A stretch of DNA of 64,000 nucleotides from Paraspadella gotoi (Eukaryota > Animalia > Chaetognatha), in the NCBI GenBank assembly GCA_051294375.1, contig CM119264.1:4859070-4923069 (forward strand), given 5' to 3'. How positions within the stretch are numbered: position 1 is the first letter of the stretch; the number at the start of each line of letters is the position of its first letter. Shown here in pieces: positions 42,113-55,852 of the stretch. A model generated the notes under the pieces. That model was not told the DNA's origin and ran no database searches. It saw only the letters and a program-made list of their open reading frames with translations. The position numbers were made by a program, and so were the translations under genes.

Positions 42113-44720
42113 CGCCGTATAGGGTTTGCGTTTTTTTTTGGTTTTTTTTTGGGGGGGGAAGAGATTTCTAAAAATATAGATTGTATAGATAAATAAGATT
42201 GTACTGCTTTTGGTCATCATCAATATTCATGATCGATGAAAGAAATTATCAAAAAATAGGAATATAAAACGGTCGAAGATTTTTAGATAGAAAAAAGTGT
42301 TTGACTATATTACTTTAAAACATACGCAAGAAATAAAAACTTTGTTACAAAAATATGGTTTTTTTCCGATAGATATTTAAAAATATTTACAATTTAATTT
42401 GACATTTAACGTAAACTTGATCAATTTTTTAAATTTTTTATTTAATATCGTTTACGCGAACCAAGAAATCAGATGTTCAACGATAGCAAAGTTTTATTTA
42501 ATATTTAGAACAGTTGTTGTGGTTCGTCGATGATATGTTAAAATATCATTCCAGCTCATAACTAAATTTTTTTTACATATTAAACTAAATCTTAATCTAA
42601 TTCTTAACCCTAAACTCCCATAACCCAAAATTTAACTATAATCATAGAGTTGTGGACTACACAAACCTCAAAATTACCCTCAAACTCAATTCTTTTTAAA
42701 CAAATAATATAAACTATAATAACAAAAATAACAAAAATTGTAAAGATATGATATCTACTATCTAGGAAAAAAGTATATGACATAATTGTTGAAAAGTTTA
42801 TTTAATAAAAAATATACAAAATATGAATAAAACATACTCAATATTTGGTGTACCCTTTTTCGGCACTAACTACTGCCTACATTAGCCTAAGCATGCTCTC
42901 GTACAGCGAATTGAGGTATGACGGTAAAATATTTTTCTACTTTTCCAAAACAATTCTTTTTAACCCCGCCGCCGATAAAAAATACAATGGCACACTTATG
43001 AACCAAAAAGAGGTGCGCTGCTTTTGGCATTCCCAAATTAAAAATTAAAAATTAAAAAAATAAATTAATTTAAAATAAAAACAATTTAATACTAAAAATA
43101 ATAAAAAATTAAATATAATTTTTTTGCCATTTCTTTCCTAAAGGTAACAATCTCTTTTTGCCTATAACTTCTAAACGATTAAACCTATGAAAAAATGGAA
43201 GAAAGCTTTTGATAAAAAATTTAATATATTATAGATTTAAAAATATTCTGATTTTTTAAAAAATCGAACAAGTTTTTGAGTAGATATCCTCCATTAAAAA
43301 TATGATATACTTTTTTCTTAGATGGTAAATGTATTTTTGTTCAAAATAATATTTCCTTCCCTTGGTTGGTTAAAAAATATTTGTATTCCTTTTACAGATC
43401 TCCGCCGTGAATCATGATTCTTAAAGAATACCTTTTAGCGGTCCAAACAATAGTAACATAAAAATCCAGGCATAACTTTATTAACAAAATATAGAAACAA
43501 ACAGCGAACCATCTATTTAAAACAGATCAATAGAGAAATCGCTCTCACAAAAAACAATGCATGACGAACGTAACAAGTTTTTTTGATAGAAAATATTTTT
43601 TTAATAACCGTAAAATGAGATCACGATAAAAACAAATTCGATTTATTTGGTAGATTCACTGTATTTGGCCTTTTGGCCTTTCCCTAGAGTCTGCAACCAG
43701 AACCTCCTGCGCTGTTTCTCTACAGCGGTTCCTGCTGCACGAGTTTCGACGCTTCGTCTCTCCGAGCTCCGCCGACGCGCCGCTATGGATCGCGACTGAG
43801 TTGTGAAGCTCGAGAATAAAGGCGATCATTTGCACGGGCATTCCTTCCTTTTGTCCGAGAGAAACTGCGGACGAAACAGGGCACGACGGGTCCAATACAA
43901 AAAGTAGTTGGGGTCAAAGTGGACGTGAAATTAGGAGTAGAGAAAGTTTTTCAACAGAAATCAGAGAAAAATTAAAAAAAAACATCAAGCTATTTCGTTC
44001 ACATGAGGTGTCAGTTCGATCTTGGCTTGACAGGCATGCTCAAGGGCCCAAGTGGGATTCTCTATACGAAACCCCCACCCCCCCACATTAGCCTTTTGTC
44101 TCTCTCGATAAGAATCATATTTCCATTCAGAATTAAAGACTGACGAAGAGCGAGTCACGGTAAGAAAGCCACTGCGGCCATTTGAATTACTGTTCTTTTT
44201 GACAGCGATTTGAATTTAAAAATATATACTGTAAAGAAAAAAAAATTAAACATTCAACAAAACGAAGATTTGACGTTTAATTTTTGTAAATAATAAATTT
44301 CATTGGAAATAAAAAAAATCGTTTAGCTGTCAAAAGTTTTGCCTACAAATATATACTTAATATTTAAGTAAATTTGAGGAAAAAAACTCGATATGTTTTA
44401 GGACCTAACAGAGGAAAAAAACATTCAAAAATTATATTTAGTTTAATTGGACCAGGCACTAAAGCTATTGCAGGGGTTCATAAACCATAATGCGTCGTTT
44501 CGGAAAAAAAAAAACAACCTAATTTTCAAAAATATACTGAAGCAAACCTAGAATTACTAATCTATTTTAGATAACCTATCCTTATCATATGAGGGGATGG
44601 TAGAACGCAAAGAGTTTTTTTAGCGGTGCTGTCGTAAAAAATATCGTTGATGGGCGGAAAATGGAGTTCTTTTCATACGATTTGTCTTCGCTTCATTTTC
44701 TCGCACAACCCCCCCCCCCA

Positions 44721-47700
44721 TCAAGTATTTCTCATTCCTTTGGACGCTCTGGTCACGATGCTTCTCGCCTCCCCAGCATTGGTGAGCCTCGAAGATCCTC
44801 CCGCCGACGACCGACGACTGTTTTCGGACGTTCGCGCCTCGTCCGACGCCGATCGATTTCCGGCGCAGCGCCCGGTCTCGGTCTGAGCGTCGTCGGGCGC
44901 GGCGGCGTCGCGAGATTGTTTTACGACCGGCGGAGAGGTATCCTCCTCCTCCGACGATCGCGACGACTCGGGACCCGGATTCTCGAAACCCAAACGGCGA
45001 CGCCGAGTGACGCCGCGCGGCGAGGCAGTGGAGCGAGAGGGACTAGAACCCGGCTCCATCGAGGCGGACGTCGAGGCGGCGGCGGCGGCGGCCAAACTCA
45101 AAGACGGAGTCAAATTGCGACTGACGCCGGACCGGACGGCCTCGTTGATGGAATGAATGTTGGACCTCGCGGGGCCTGAGGAAGTGGGATCGTTTAAAAC
45201 GGTATAGAATACAAAACGATAATTTAATAAATAAAAAGAGGGAGAGATCCAAAACTTACCTGGAGATTCACCAAAGCAGTATAGTCTGCTCGTTCTTGGC
45301 GTGAGCGGAGGGGTGGGCACTAGAAGAAAAATTAATATTATAATTTCAAGAAAAAATATTGTTTAACAATCTTTTTTTACATAGTGAGCACACTGCACAC
45401 CTGCCAAATGATGTCTGAAGGGACTTTCGTTGAGAAGGGAGACGTTGCATCGTTGCGAATGCGTTTGACGCGGGGAAGAGATCGACGTCGACGACGACGG
45501 CGGAAGCGGAATCGGCGACAGGGACGGCATTTGCTGTAGAACAAAGTTAGAGCTTAACAGTACCGACAATCTGCCAGAACTAAGAGTATCCCCTCACCTG
45601 TCTGGTGGGTGAGAACTGCAGAAGGTAAGGTTTCATCGATTGACTGAAGACGTCGTTGTAGAAGGCGATGATGGACTCCTTCTTGCCGTCGAGGGTGAGT
45701 ACTGCCTTGTAGACGTCTTGCGTGCAATGGGGAAAGTTGGCGCGGTAGGTGGAGACAAGAGTCTTGAACTTGACGTCCCGGTCCGAGACACGACACATGG
45801 CGTAGATGGAGCACATGATCATCTGATCCACGTGGCGGTCGCGCATCAGATCAGGTCGATTGCAAATTACGTGTTGGAGGCACGTCCACATCTAAAGGAC
45901 GAAAAGAAAACGTGGAGACGAAGCGATAGGAAGAGAAATCATTGGCTAAGTTCTTTGCATAATATTTAAAGGTTTTACCTTGTGCTGCAGACTCATGGTA
46001 ACGTTGAGCATGCTGCAGAACTTTAGCAGACGCTGATAGGCCAACCGGCTCACCTGAGAAAAAGATTAAAGTCGACGATAAAACAAAAAGTTAATCGAAA
46101 GCGTTGCAACAAAGCTTTCCTGACCTTGTTGAAAAAGCATTTGAGCAAAGTTGAAGAGTGCGGTTTAGTAGGAGATCTGAGTAGATCGGAAAAGTTGAAA
46201 AGGTTCTGTTCTCTGGAGGATGAGGATCCGTTGGCGGGAGCGTTGGAACCGGAAACCGCGTCGGCAGTGCGGTGATATACCGGGGAGGAAGGGATAGCCG
46301 AGGGCATCGTCTCCGACATGCGGATCGCGTCGAACAAGGGAGAACCCTGTAAAGAAGAAGAGGAATTGAGAAAGGAGGGAAGAGACTATTATGAAGGGAG
46401 GAAGTTTCACATCTTTCTCTCTCAACTCACGCTCTGCCAGGCGAGGCACTCGAGAATTTTGGTCTCTATGGAGTTGATGTGTTTGATGAGGTCTTTGGGA
46501 AGCGAAGTCTCCGCTCGGATAAAGGATTCGCAGACGCGAAAGAAGTCGAAGGGTTTCACGTCGAAGAGGCTCAAGACCCAAGGGAACGAAACCGTTCCTG
46601 TCGAGAACATTTATTGTCGTTTACTTTCGACTCATAAAAAAAACAATGATGAATAAAAGTTGTGGACAACAATTTCATCGACTGACACACCTGCGGGTTG
46701 AGACGAACTTCCGGCGGAGGCGAGATCTTCGTCGGTGAGAATTGAGCCGCTGCTTTGTCCGTAGGCGGCGAGGACGACCTCGACCGAGTTGGCGAGTAGA
46801 GCTCTGAGTAGAAAGGGGTTGCGGAAAATTCGGTTGTGCAGTGTGCACTTTTCATCTCTATGTACCAACGGTCAAATCATAAGCTCACTTAAAATTGCGT
46901 TTGTCATAAGATCTGTAAAATATTCTAACTCAAAGTTTACCTGTGAAAAGTTTGATTATCGAGAAAAGTGGAGAAGTCATTCTGTGAGAGTCGAGCCTTT
47001 TCACCGAGCAGCATGTTTTCAAGCACTCGATAGTAAAGGCGAGTGGCGAGTCGCATTCGCTGGCGCGCTTGCTCGGTATTGAAACCTAAGAGAAAAATCT
47101 TAAAGTATAGTGATCTCGCCAGACGTTACTATCAAAGAAAATTAATTAAAAAATTAATTAAAAAAAATGAATGATTGATGCGATAACAAATTATTAATAT
47201 AATAGTAATTGATTTATATAATAATAATTGATTGATTGATGTAATAGTAATTGATTGATGTAATAGTAATTGATTGATTAATATAATAGTAAATGATCGA
47301 TTGATATAATAATAATTAATATTATAATAATTAATTATTGACGCGATGATAACCAAATATCTATACAATGATAACCAAATATTAATGCCATGATAACCAA
47401 ATATGGATGGGATGATAACCAAATATGGATGCGATGATAACCAAATATTAATATAATGATAACCAAATATTGATGCAATAATAACCAATAATTGATAAAT
47501 GAATGATGCGATGATAATCATTCATTGATGCAATGATAATCACTCGTTGATGAAATGATAGTCATTTTTTGATGCAATGATAATCATTCATTAACACGAT
47601 GATAATCATTCATTAGCACGATGATAGTCATTTATCATAAATAAAACATGCTTGTATGAGAGAAAGAGAGAAAAGATAAAGATTAGCTGGACAGCCACAG

Positions 47701-50100
47701 CAAAGCTGAACTCGTTTTGAAATGAATCAGAAGCAGCGACGGAAAAAAAGAGCGACATATAATTAAGAGAAAAAAAAAGAAAAAAGCTGGACAGCTGCTG
47801 CAGAGCTGAACTAATTTATATATGTATAAAAATTATTTTATAAATATAAATGAGTTTAAGAATATGAAATATATGAATCTAAAAGATCTTGCTGATAAAT
47901 AGAAGCTATAGATAAATTTTTAGCTTCCTATGGTTACACACTTTTAAAATTTGCAATAATAAAGAAGCGTGACGACGATGACAACGGTCACAAAGAAGCA
48001 GAGGCGAACCAAAATCATGCCAAGACGGGCTTAAGCCTGTCTGGCGAGATAAAGAACAGCGCTGGATTTTCTTCATCTTTCATTAAAGCCAAACCTGTGG
48101 TTTGTGCCAGAGAAGAATGACCGCTGGCGGAGGAGGTAACCTCTGTAAACTTGGTAACGAAAGTGTCTGAGCAGCCACGAACGCGATCCTGTTAACCAGT
48201 CAAATTAATTTAAAACCTTCCGAATCCCTAAGGTCTCTTCGAGCCACTCACCAAAATGGCTCTAGTCGGATCGATAGAGCAGTTGGTGAAAAAGTTTTTG
48301 AGAACTTCAGAAGGTCCGTCGGCAATCGACTCGAGACCGCGGGTGAGTTGGTAGACGGTCTGCAGGGCGGATTTTATCGGAGTCGCGGGTGAAGCCTGGA
48401 GGGAACTCTCGTTGTCCAACGAAGAGTCTAAAATAATCATAAAAAAAAGGTAAAAGTCCTAAATCTATTGTAGTTAAATGTTCATAAATAAACTTTTCCC
48501 TCCAGTTAAAATTTATTTCTTCGTCCCAAGCATTCACATTGCACAATGCACATATCTCTTACTTCCACCAATTTCTTACTTTTCAGCGACGAGTCCTCCT
48601 TTCCGTTCTTCTCCTTGACCCCTTTGGCGACGAGCACAGGGTCGTACTCCAGAAACATCATCTCGTCCAACTCGCCCATCGCCAGGTAGGATTCCTGGTA
48701 GGCCTGTTCCAAATAGGCCACGTCCGGAAGGTCCGAGCGATTCGGGATGGTCTCCACCAAAGGATCCCAGTATTCCACTTGGATGCTGCACAACTGAGGA
48801 AACAAAAATCACGGCGTTAGACAATTTTCATAAGTACATGATTCGTAATTTTTATTTTCTAATAGCCTGCTATTGTTACGGTTACGGCCGCGAGAGTTAC
48901 ACTATACCTCATCGTAGTTGATACCAATCTGGTCGCACAATGTCTTTAAGACGCAATGAGGATCCGGATTAATTAAATAATTTTGGACAACCTGAGAGGA
49001 GAAAGATTTTAGTTATAAGAGCAAATTTATTAAAACGAAGACTAACAAAAAAATGGAAACTAAAATAGTACATGGTTGAATAAACCAGGGTTTCAATTGA
49101 CATTTTATGCTTCCTACCTCATCGTAGGGAGACTTCAAAGTGTACGATGGTTTCGATCTTATCACGTGATCCAAACAGCAGAGAAAAAGATGGAACGCAA
49201 GGATCAGCTCGTAGTTGTTGTGCAATATGATATCTGACAGATTAAAATTTGAGATTGGGAAAAAAGGAGAGAAGTTCCGTTTGAGTATTAACTATTAAGT
49301 AACCTTTAGCGTAGAGAAAGAGCACCCAACACAGACGGCGGTTATCTTCGTACGAATACTCTCCGCCGGAATCCGTCTCGATGTCCGACTCATGGCGGAA
49401 AATCTCCGGCAAAATTTTTTCAAACTTGTGAAAAACAGCGGAGCAGATGGTGAATGATTTCTCCATGTGAATCATTCGACAAAGGACACGCTCGGGCAAG
49501 CCCGACGGTTCCGGATGAATCGTGTTCAAAATCTAAGGGATCATAGATATTTTATACATCACAAATGCCAGAAATGGAACCAGCCTCACCTTCAACTTAT
49601 GTATAAACTTCACAACGTGCAAAGGGCCTTTGTCGTAATTTCTGAAACGAGTAAGTAAATTAACTAAAGAGACCACCAACGATAAAAGGGAAGTCTCATT
49701 GTCTCACCTTAGTAAAGTGTGAAGCGCGGGAAGTCGGGATCCGGACCGAGTACGCGGCGATTCGAATTCCGTGTTCGTGCGTCGATTTAAAACTTCCACA
49801 TAAAGGACGCACAAAATCATTCCCATTGTGTCGGCCTTACCAGAGAAAATAGAAAAAAACAAAGGGATTTTTTTTAATTTGATAATGACAGGACCATAAG
49901 CAAAACTAGAATCCCAGTTTACTCACTTGCATTTCGTCGAGGTTCTTCTCCAACAACTTCCCAAGAAGCCTCTGACCAGCACTGACGACGTAAGGGTCGA
50001 TTTTCAACTTCCTCGTCAAGTCCGCGTAGAGTTTTGCGGGCTGGGGAGGGAGTTGGGGGGCGTTGCGGGTTGGCGACTGAACAGACCCACGGTTCGCCAT
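44721..50100 (-). CDS. RB1: Retinoblastoma protein RB1-like pocket protein, many exons (about 18)
   Basis: CWVLFLYAK, FHLFLCCLD, GELDEMMFL, PATPIKSAL; A-box RLYYRVLENMLLGEKARL..FHRALLANSVEVVLAAY..SFPWVL; B-box LMRDRHVDQMIMCSIYAMCRV..SIIAFYNDVF; LTPRTSRLYCFGESP. Confidence 0.93.
47200..47640. repeat. AT-rich degenerate tandem repeats (GATGATAACCAAATAT / GATAATCATTCATT) in an enlarged RB1 intron
   Basis: Directly visible ~20-bp units. Confidence 0.8.
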
Positions 50101-50481
50101 TGCAACTTTTTTTTTTCCTTTTGTGATGAAATTAGAAAAAAAACTCAATCTTGGAGATTGAGTTTTCTAATTTTGATCCTAAATTTTCCTTTTTTATCAA
50201 GTTCGAAAAACGCACATTTTTGTTCTTTTTTCATCAAAAGAAGAAGAAATCTGATCAACATGAAAAAATTCAACGTAACAAATTGAAATTAGCCTAATTA
50301 ACAACCAAAACAAAGACTTCGAAAAACGACTGGAGTGTGGAGTGCACTTAGGTTTGAAAAGATCACAGGTGGTCACATAATCTCTCTCTTTTTTCCTGTA
50401 CGTTTCTTCGAATGGAGAATAATGAAAAATGCTCTAATCACAAACGCTGTGGTTTTTTTAATGTTTCAAGTCAGTTCAATA

Positions 50482-53400
50482 TCACTTTTGTTTAAATCTT
50501 GACTTTCTAAATTTCCGTTCGAGCGACTTTCGCGAGGAAACGAGACCTTGAATCAAGCTTTGCTGGCGAGCGGCTTCGGCGTAAAAGCTTGCCGCGCTCT
50601 TGAAGCCGGGATCGAGAAAAGGGCAAATGGAGGACGGTTGAGGCGGATGAAATGGAAACGTTTGGCGAGGGGCGGAACGGAATCGCGAGCGAGAAAAATG
50701 TAATTGAGACGGATGAGAATAAAACTGCGACGAATTGAAAAAGTTTAAAGGTTGAAGATGAGCGTTTAGATTTTGAGAATAATAAAACTGTGCTGCCACA
50801 GAAGAATGGAAATCAGGCGGCTGAAGATGGAATCTTGGTAGTTGACGTTGGTCAGAATCAGACTCAGACTCTTCGCTCGACGACGACGATGACGTTCCAT
50901 CGTAATCGGAATAATCCTCATCCTCTTCAGAATCAGATGCGCTATCGTCGTTATCATGCTCAGAGTCCTCGTCGTCGTAACTAGTTCCATCTTCGTCTTC
51001 CAAACGGTTCTTTTCTTTTTTTCGCCGTTCGGTTTGAGTTGATTGGGTGAAGAGGAAAGGAGAGAATTGTGAACAACCGTCCTTTTTTTCAAGAGTCGCT
51101 GCGCTAACGTTAGAAGAGATGGTTACGTTTGGTTCGGCAGCCAACGTCGCGACCGACGACACCGTAGAGGGAGTTTCCGCTTTGCCTTCGCCGTATTGGC
51201 GCATGATGTCTCTGACTACTTCATTCACCATCTCTATCGCTTCTTTTCCTCCTTCAAAGATCGGACGACCGACTCGAAGTGCCTCGTCGACGTCGGCGCG
51301 AAGATCCGCCAGCTTCTCATCCTCCGTCATCCCTCGACGCCGTTCGACGAACTCGTCGTGTCTCCTCTTCAATTCTTCAGAGGATAGAAGGTTCGTCGAG
51401 GGCGGGTTGGGCCACGAGACTCGGGGAAGGCGCAAGGGAGAATCTTCTGGTGTTTTATTCTTAGATTCCAATTCTTCGTCGAGTATTTCCCGTTTTTCGA
51501 CGACCCGCGAATTTGAGACATTCTTCTTAGAGAGATGAGGAGGTGGAGTCTCTACAGCTATTCCGTTCGGATCGAGTGGCAAGTTTTCCTTTTCATCCGA
51601 GTTGTGATTATTCACGAGCGGTTTGGAATGAGAATTCAGTTTCCTATGTCTCTTGTGAGTGAATCCGTTGCATACTTCGTTGAGAAGGAGCTTTTCTAAC
51701 TGATCTTCGAGATCTTTCTCATTCCAATACCTGAAGCAAATTAGTAAAGAATAATTCGATAAAACCGGAATAAAAATAAAATTATCAATGACTCACTCTG
51801 AATTTGCGATGAGATCGTGGGGAGCCTTGCCAGTGTTTGGGTCATTCGGTAAGGGCAACAAAGGAATCTGGTAAGCAGACATGATCTTCAACAATTTTTG
51901 CTCTTCTTTTCCACTAGAGGCGAAAGTCATAGCTACTCCGTAAGATCCGAAACGTCCTGAATTTAACGATTTTAATATTGAAAACTTTTTTATAGAAATT
52001 AAATTAAAATAAGGATTTTAGCAATCGGACAATCTATCTCACCCGCTCTGCCAATTCTGTGCAAATAGGTTTCCGCATCGAGGGGCACATCGAGGTTGAC
52101 GATGAGATCGATGTTCTCCACGTCGACGCCACGTGACGTTAGATCCGTGGAGACCAGGACCCGGATGTGCATAGCTTTGAGTCGCGACATGGCGAAGAGT
52201 CGCTTCGACTGTTCTTGTGCCCCTGAAATGTGGGACGCCGGCCATCCCTGATGAATCAAATTGAAGTGAACCAAAAAAATATATTTTAGTTTGTTTTTGC
52301 CTCATATCTTTCTTTCTTGAACTCCATTTCTTTCTGGTTCTCACCTTGGAGGAGAGAGTTGAGGCTAAATGTTGCGCCTGCGATTGAAGGTTGGAAAAGA
52401 CGAGGCACTGATTGAAGGAGACGCTGGCGAGAAGGTCGAGGAGCGCCTCAGTTTTGTCGCGCATCTCGAGGCCGAGCGAAGGCTGCGGAGGCAGGACTTT
52501 AAAAAACTGGCGAATCCCGAGGAGGATGGGCTGGGTGGCGTCGAGACGAGCGAAGGTCGGGTTGCGCATGTAGATCTTTATTGAAATAGAAAACGGATTG
52601 GCTATTGAAGATAGTATCTGGTGACTAATCATCCCACCATAAAACAGTGATACTCTTCTCAAATGCACAAATAGATCATGGCTAGGAAATAATAACAATA
52701 ATAATAATAATAATAACACTACGAAACACAAAACAAGGTAAGCCCTACCGCTGTCTATACCTGCAGGGCCTGGGCCATTTCCTCGGGATAGGTGGCGGAG
52801 AGAGCAATTATTTGCTTGTTCTGAGGCAATCTCGAGTAGATCCAATTTATGTCCTCAGAGAAGCTGGTGTCAAAGAGTTTGTCGGCTTCGTCAAATACGA
52901 GGAGCCTGCGGGGGAAAAGTAACTGATTGTAACATTTTTACAATAATCAACGGGAATCCTCGAACTTATAACGACCTAACGCTATCGATGGGCATAAGAC
53001 CCGTCTCCACCAGTTGTTTTATTCTCCCCGGTGTTCCAACGGCTATTTGACAGTTGGACAACTTGGCAACGTCCTCTTTGAAGGGTAAACCACCTAAATA
53101 ATTAATATTATCCTTACTGTTACTTCAACTTATTTTCTAGAAATGTTTTTTTTTGGAGAAGCTCACCGATAAAGCATCGAACGGCGAGAGATTCAAAGGA
53201 GGAACCGATTGCGCCAATGACGTCTCTGATCTGGACGGCGATCTCACGGGTTGGGGCGAGGACGACCGCTTGGAGGGTCGACCGTGAACTCTCTTGCTCC
53301 AGCGCGAGTCCTTCAAGAGCCACAACGGCGATCACGCAGGTTTTCCCTGTCCCGCTTTTCGCCTGAAACAACATAGTAGTATTTACGCCAGCGCTGTTTT

Positions 53401-53730
53401 AAAAGTCTTAGAAGAGAATTTTATAACTTTATAAACGATGTTCATTTTTGAAAAAAAAGAAATCATTCATCTCCGTCTTTCTCTTAATAAAAAAACGAAT
53501 ACCTGCACTATGATATCGAGGCCGCATCTCCCGAGCGGAATTGCTTTCAGTTGAATCGGCGAGGGTCTGATGAATCCTTGTCGCTTGAGACCCTCTTGGA
53601 CTTTGGGCGAGAGATGCAGCGCGGAAAAGTCCGTCGCCTCCGAAGCCAAAACGTCGTGGGTTCGCGGTTTTGCGTCGATGTCATGGGCCTCGCGACGGCG
53701 CCGCTCCGTCCCGTTCACCGCGGACGTCAT
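50482..53730 (-). CDS. DDX20: DEAD-box helicase DDX20/Gemin3, about 8 exons with a long low-complexity last exon
   Basis: [35 protein letters not shown]; [11 protein letters not shown]; DEAD; SAT; [12 protein letters not shown]; [10 protein letters not shown]; [17 protein letters not shown]. Confidence 0.93.
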
Positions 53731-54425
53731 CAGAGAAACAGCAATTTCTACAAACAAAAACTACAAAGTAAGTCTTCAGTATTTCTGCTATTGTTTAATG
53801 TGAGCCGGGGGAGGAAAAAGTTTCGAAAGAAAAATAAAAGTCAAAATTAAAAATGTCAGAAGCTCAAACCTTGGTTACTCACCTTTGCTTTGGGCGAATT
53901 TACATTCGTTGGAAACAAAAGGATTCGATCCCCGCGATCTTCCTATTTCGGCGGCAACGAACTGGCCCGAGGCCGCCCTTTTCTGTCTCCGCGGGATTTT
54001 ATTTCTTATTCTTTTCCTTCAACGATTTTTGGTGCGGCAGGAGCTGCCGCTGCAGCGGCGGAGAAAAACTCGGCTGATCGGCGGCAGATAGCGAAGACGA
54101 TCGTTGATCAAATCACGACGAAAACAAAAGTTCGACTTGTTAAAAATAATAATTTATATATTGGTTGCACCAATTCATGTAATTATTTTAAGCCCATTTC
54201 TGAAAAATGTTGAAATTGACGGAATTTGTTAAATTAAATTAAAATTTTACCCAAATATTATTACTTTTTTATTTCTTAAAATTAAAAGTTAAAATCTTGC
54301 GCGACTTTTTCAAATAAAAATCTGGACATAAATAGTAAAACGGTCTACCATTAACTAATTTACTACACTAGTCACCGCGCGGTTAACTCGAGTCTTAACA
54401 CAAAGATTCTTGTCGAGAAACCGAA

Positions 54426-55681
54426 TCAGTTCCCTCCTTCGGGCTGCGCCGTGGCGCTCTGCATGAGAACGAAAACGACGGCGGGCACGATGTACATCCA
54501 GTACTTGGCGAAGAAAGAGCGATTGTCTTGCTGCGCCCCCTTGGCCCTCTCCGCCGCCTCCCGCTCCATCTTTTGAATGAAGGTGAGCGTATCGGGCGCG
54601 GGCCCCTGAGTCATTCGCGCCACCGCCGCCTCGGAGAAGAATTGCTCTAGTCGGTCGGCCACGAGGGATTCGTCGAGGTCATCGGGTCCGCGGACCGAAC
54701 AATCGTGAGACAAGGGAAAGGTCACGATGGAGACGGCGATCACGTTCGCCTGAGGACCCAAGTGGATGGTGATTCGATCGTGAAGCGAAGCGTCGAAAAG
54801 AAAGCAGGCGCGCGTGAAGGACGAGACGTAACGAGATGCTTCGTCGTCGGCGTCGCCCTCCGGTTCCGCGGGGGCGTTTGAGGGCAAGTGGAGGCGGGAC
54901 GGGACCCGGATTTTGTAGAGTCCATTGTTTTTGATGAGAACTTTGAACTTTCTTCGATCCTCGCTGGTAAGTGGGCCTTTGAAAAAAGTGTTCGTATGAA
55001 AGGAAGAGTGAATAAGACTAAATATCATTGTATAATGATAACAATCATGGAACCAAAGCAATTTGTAACTCGGTAAACAAAGTTGAATTGTTTATGACTA
55101 TCACACTGTGCATTATGATTTGCATGCAAAGCATTATTTTATTTTACTTTTTTGTGAGACATTTTTTATGGCAATGGATTAATTAAAGTTTTTTTCCAAA
55201 CCATATATTCATTCTTTTAGACTATGGAACACTGTAAACTTTGTTACATTTCAATTTAGCAATCAGCATGCATGAGGCATAAAATATCACCAGCCATAAC
55301 GTTTTTTATCACTAAAATAAGGAATTTTGATGAGAAAGTTTTAAACTAAATAAAAGAAAGAATCTGGTTTATTCGATTGCTGACCTATATTGGATATGAT
55401 GGCATTGTCAGTTTTGAGGGAACGCAGGTTTATTGTCGACCGGGGAGTCCAAGTCAGCCCTTCGTCCAAGGAATGCTCAACGAGCAACGAGGCGGCAGAG
55501 TTATCAAACCCGTCCGAATCTTCGTCTTTTCAGGGGGGAAGGAGACAGAGTACAAGTGAATTTTCTCTTAAGATATATCATTATATATTGTTAACGATAT
55601 TCATATTTTTTTAAGTATTATTACTAATAAAATCTTCACCAGAAGCGAAAAAACTGAAAATGCCAAATTATCTTTCAGCAT
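54426..55681 (-). CDS. EMC10: ER membrane complex subunit 10; start and first exon uncertain
   Basis: LLVEHSLD..PRSTI (55385-55525), GLYKIRVP, YVSSFTRACFL, GPAPDTLTFIQKMEREAAERAKG..DNRSFFAKYWMYIVPAVVFVLM. Confidence 0.88.
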
Positions 55682-55852
55682 AAGGCACTTAGTCTTAGTA
55701 GGAAAACCGGATTCTTTCCGCTTAATAATTTTTCGCCCGAAGAGCAAGAATAAGGCCAATTTTGTCCCGACCACCACCGGAAAACCTAAGTCTCACACGA
55801 CGCCGGAACCGTAGAATTAAATTCACCAAAACAACGACGTCGAAACAAAAAG

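Noticed and set aside
43400-44170. 79-aa ORF and scattered splice-like signals downstream of RB1
   Set aside because: There is no recognisable homology and no consistent exon chain; it may be 3'UTR.
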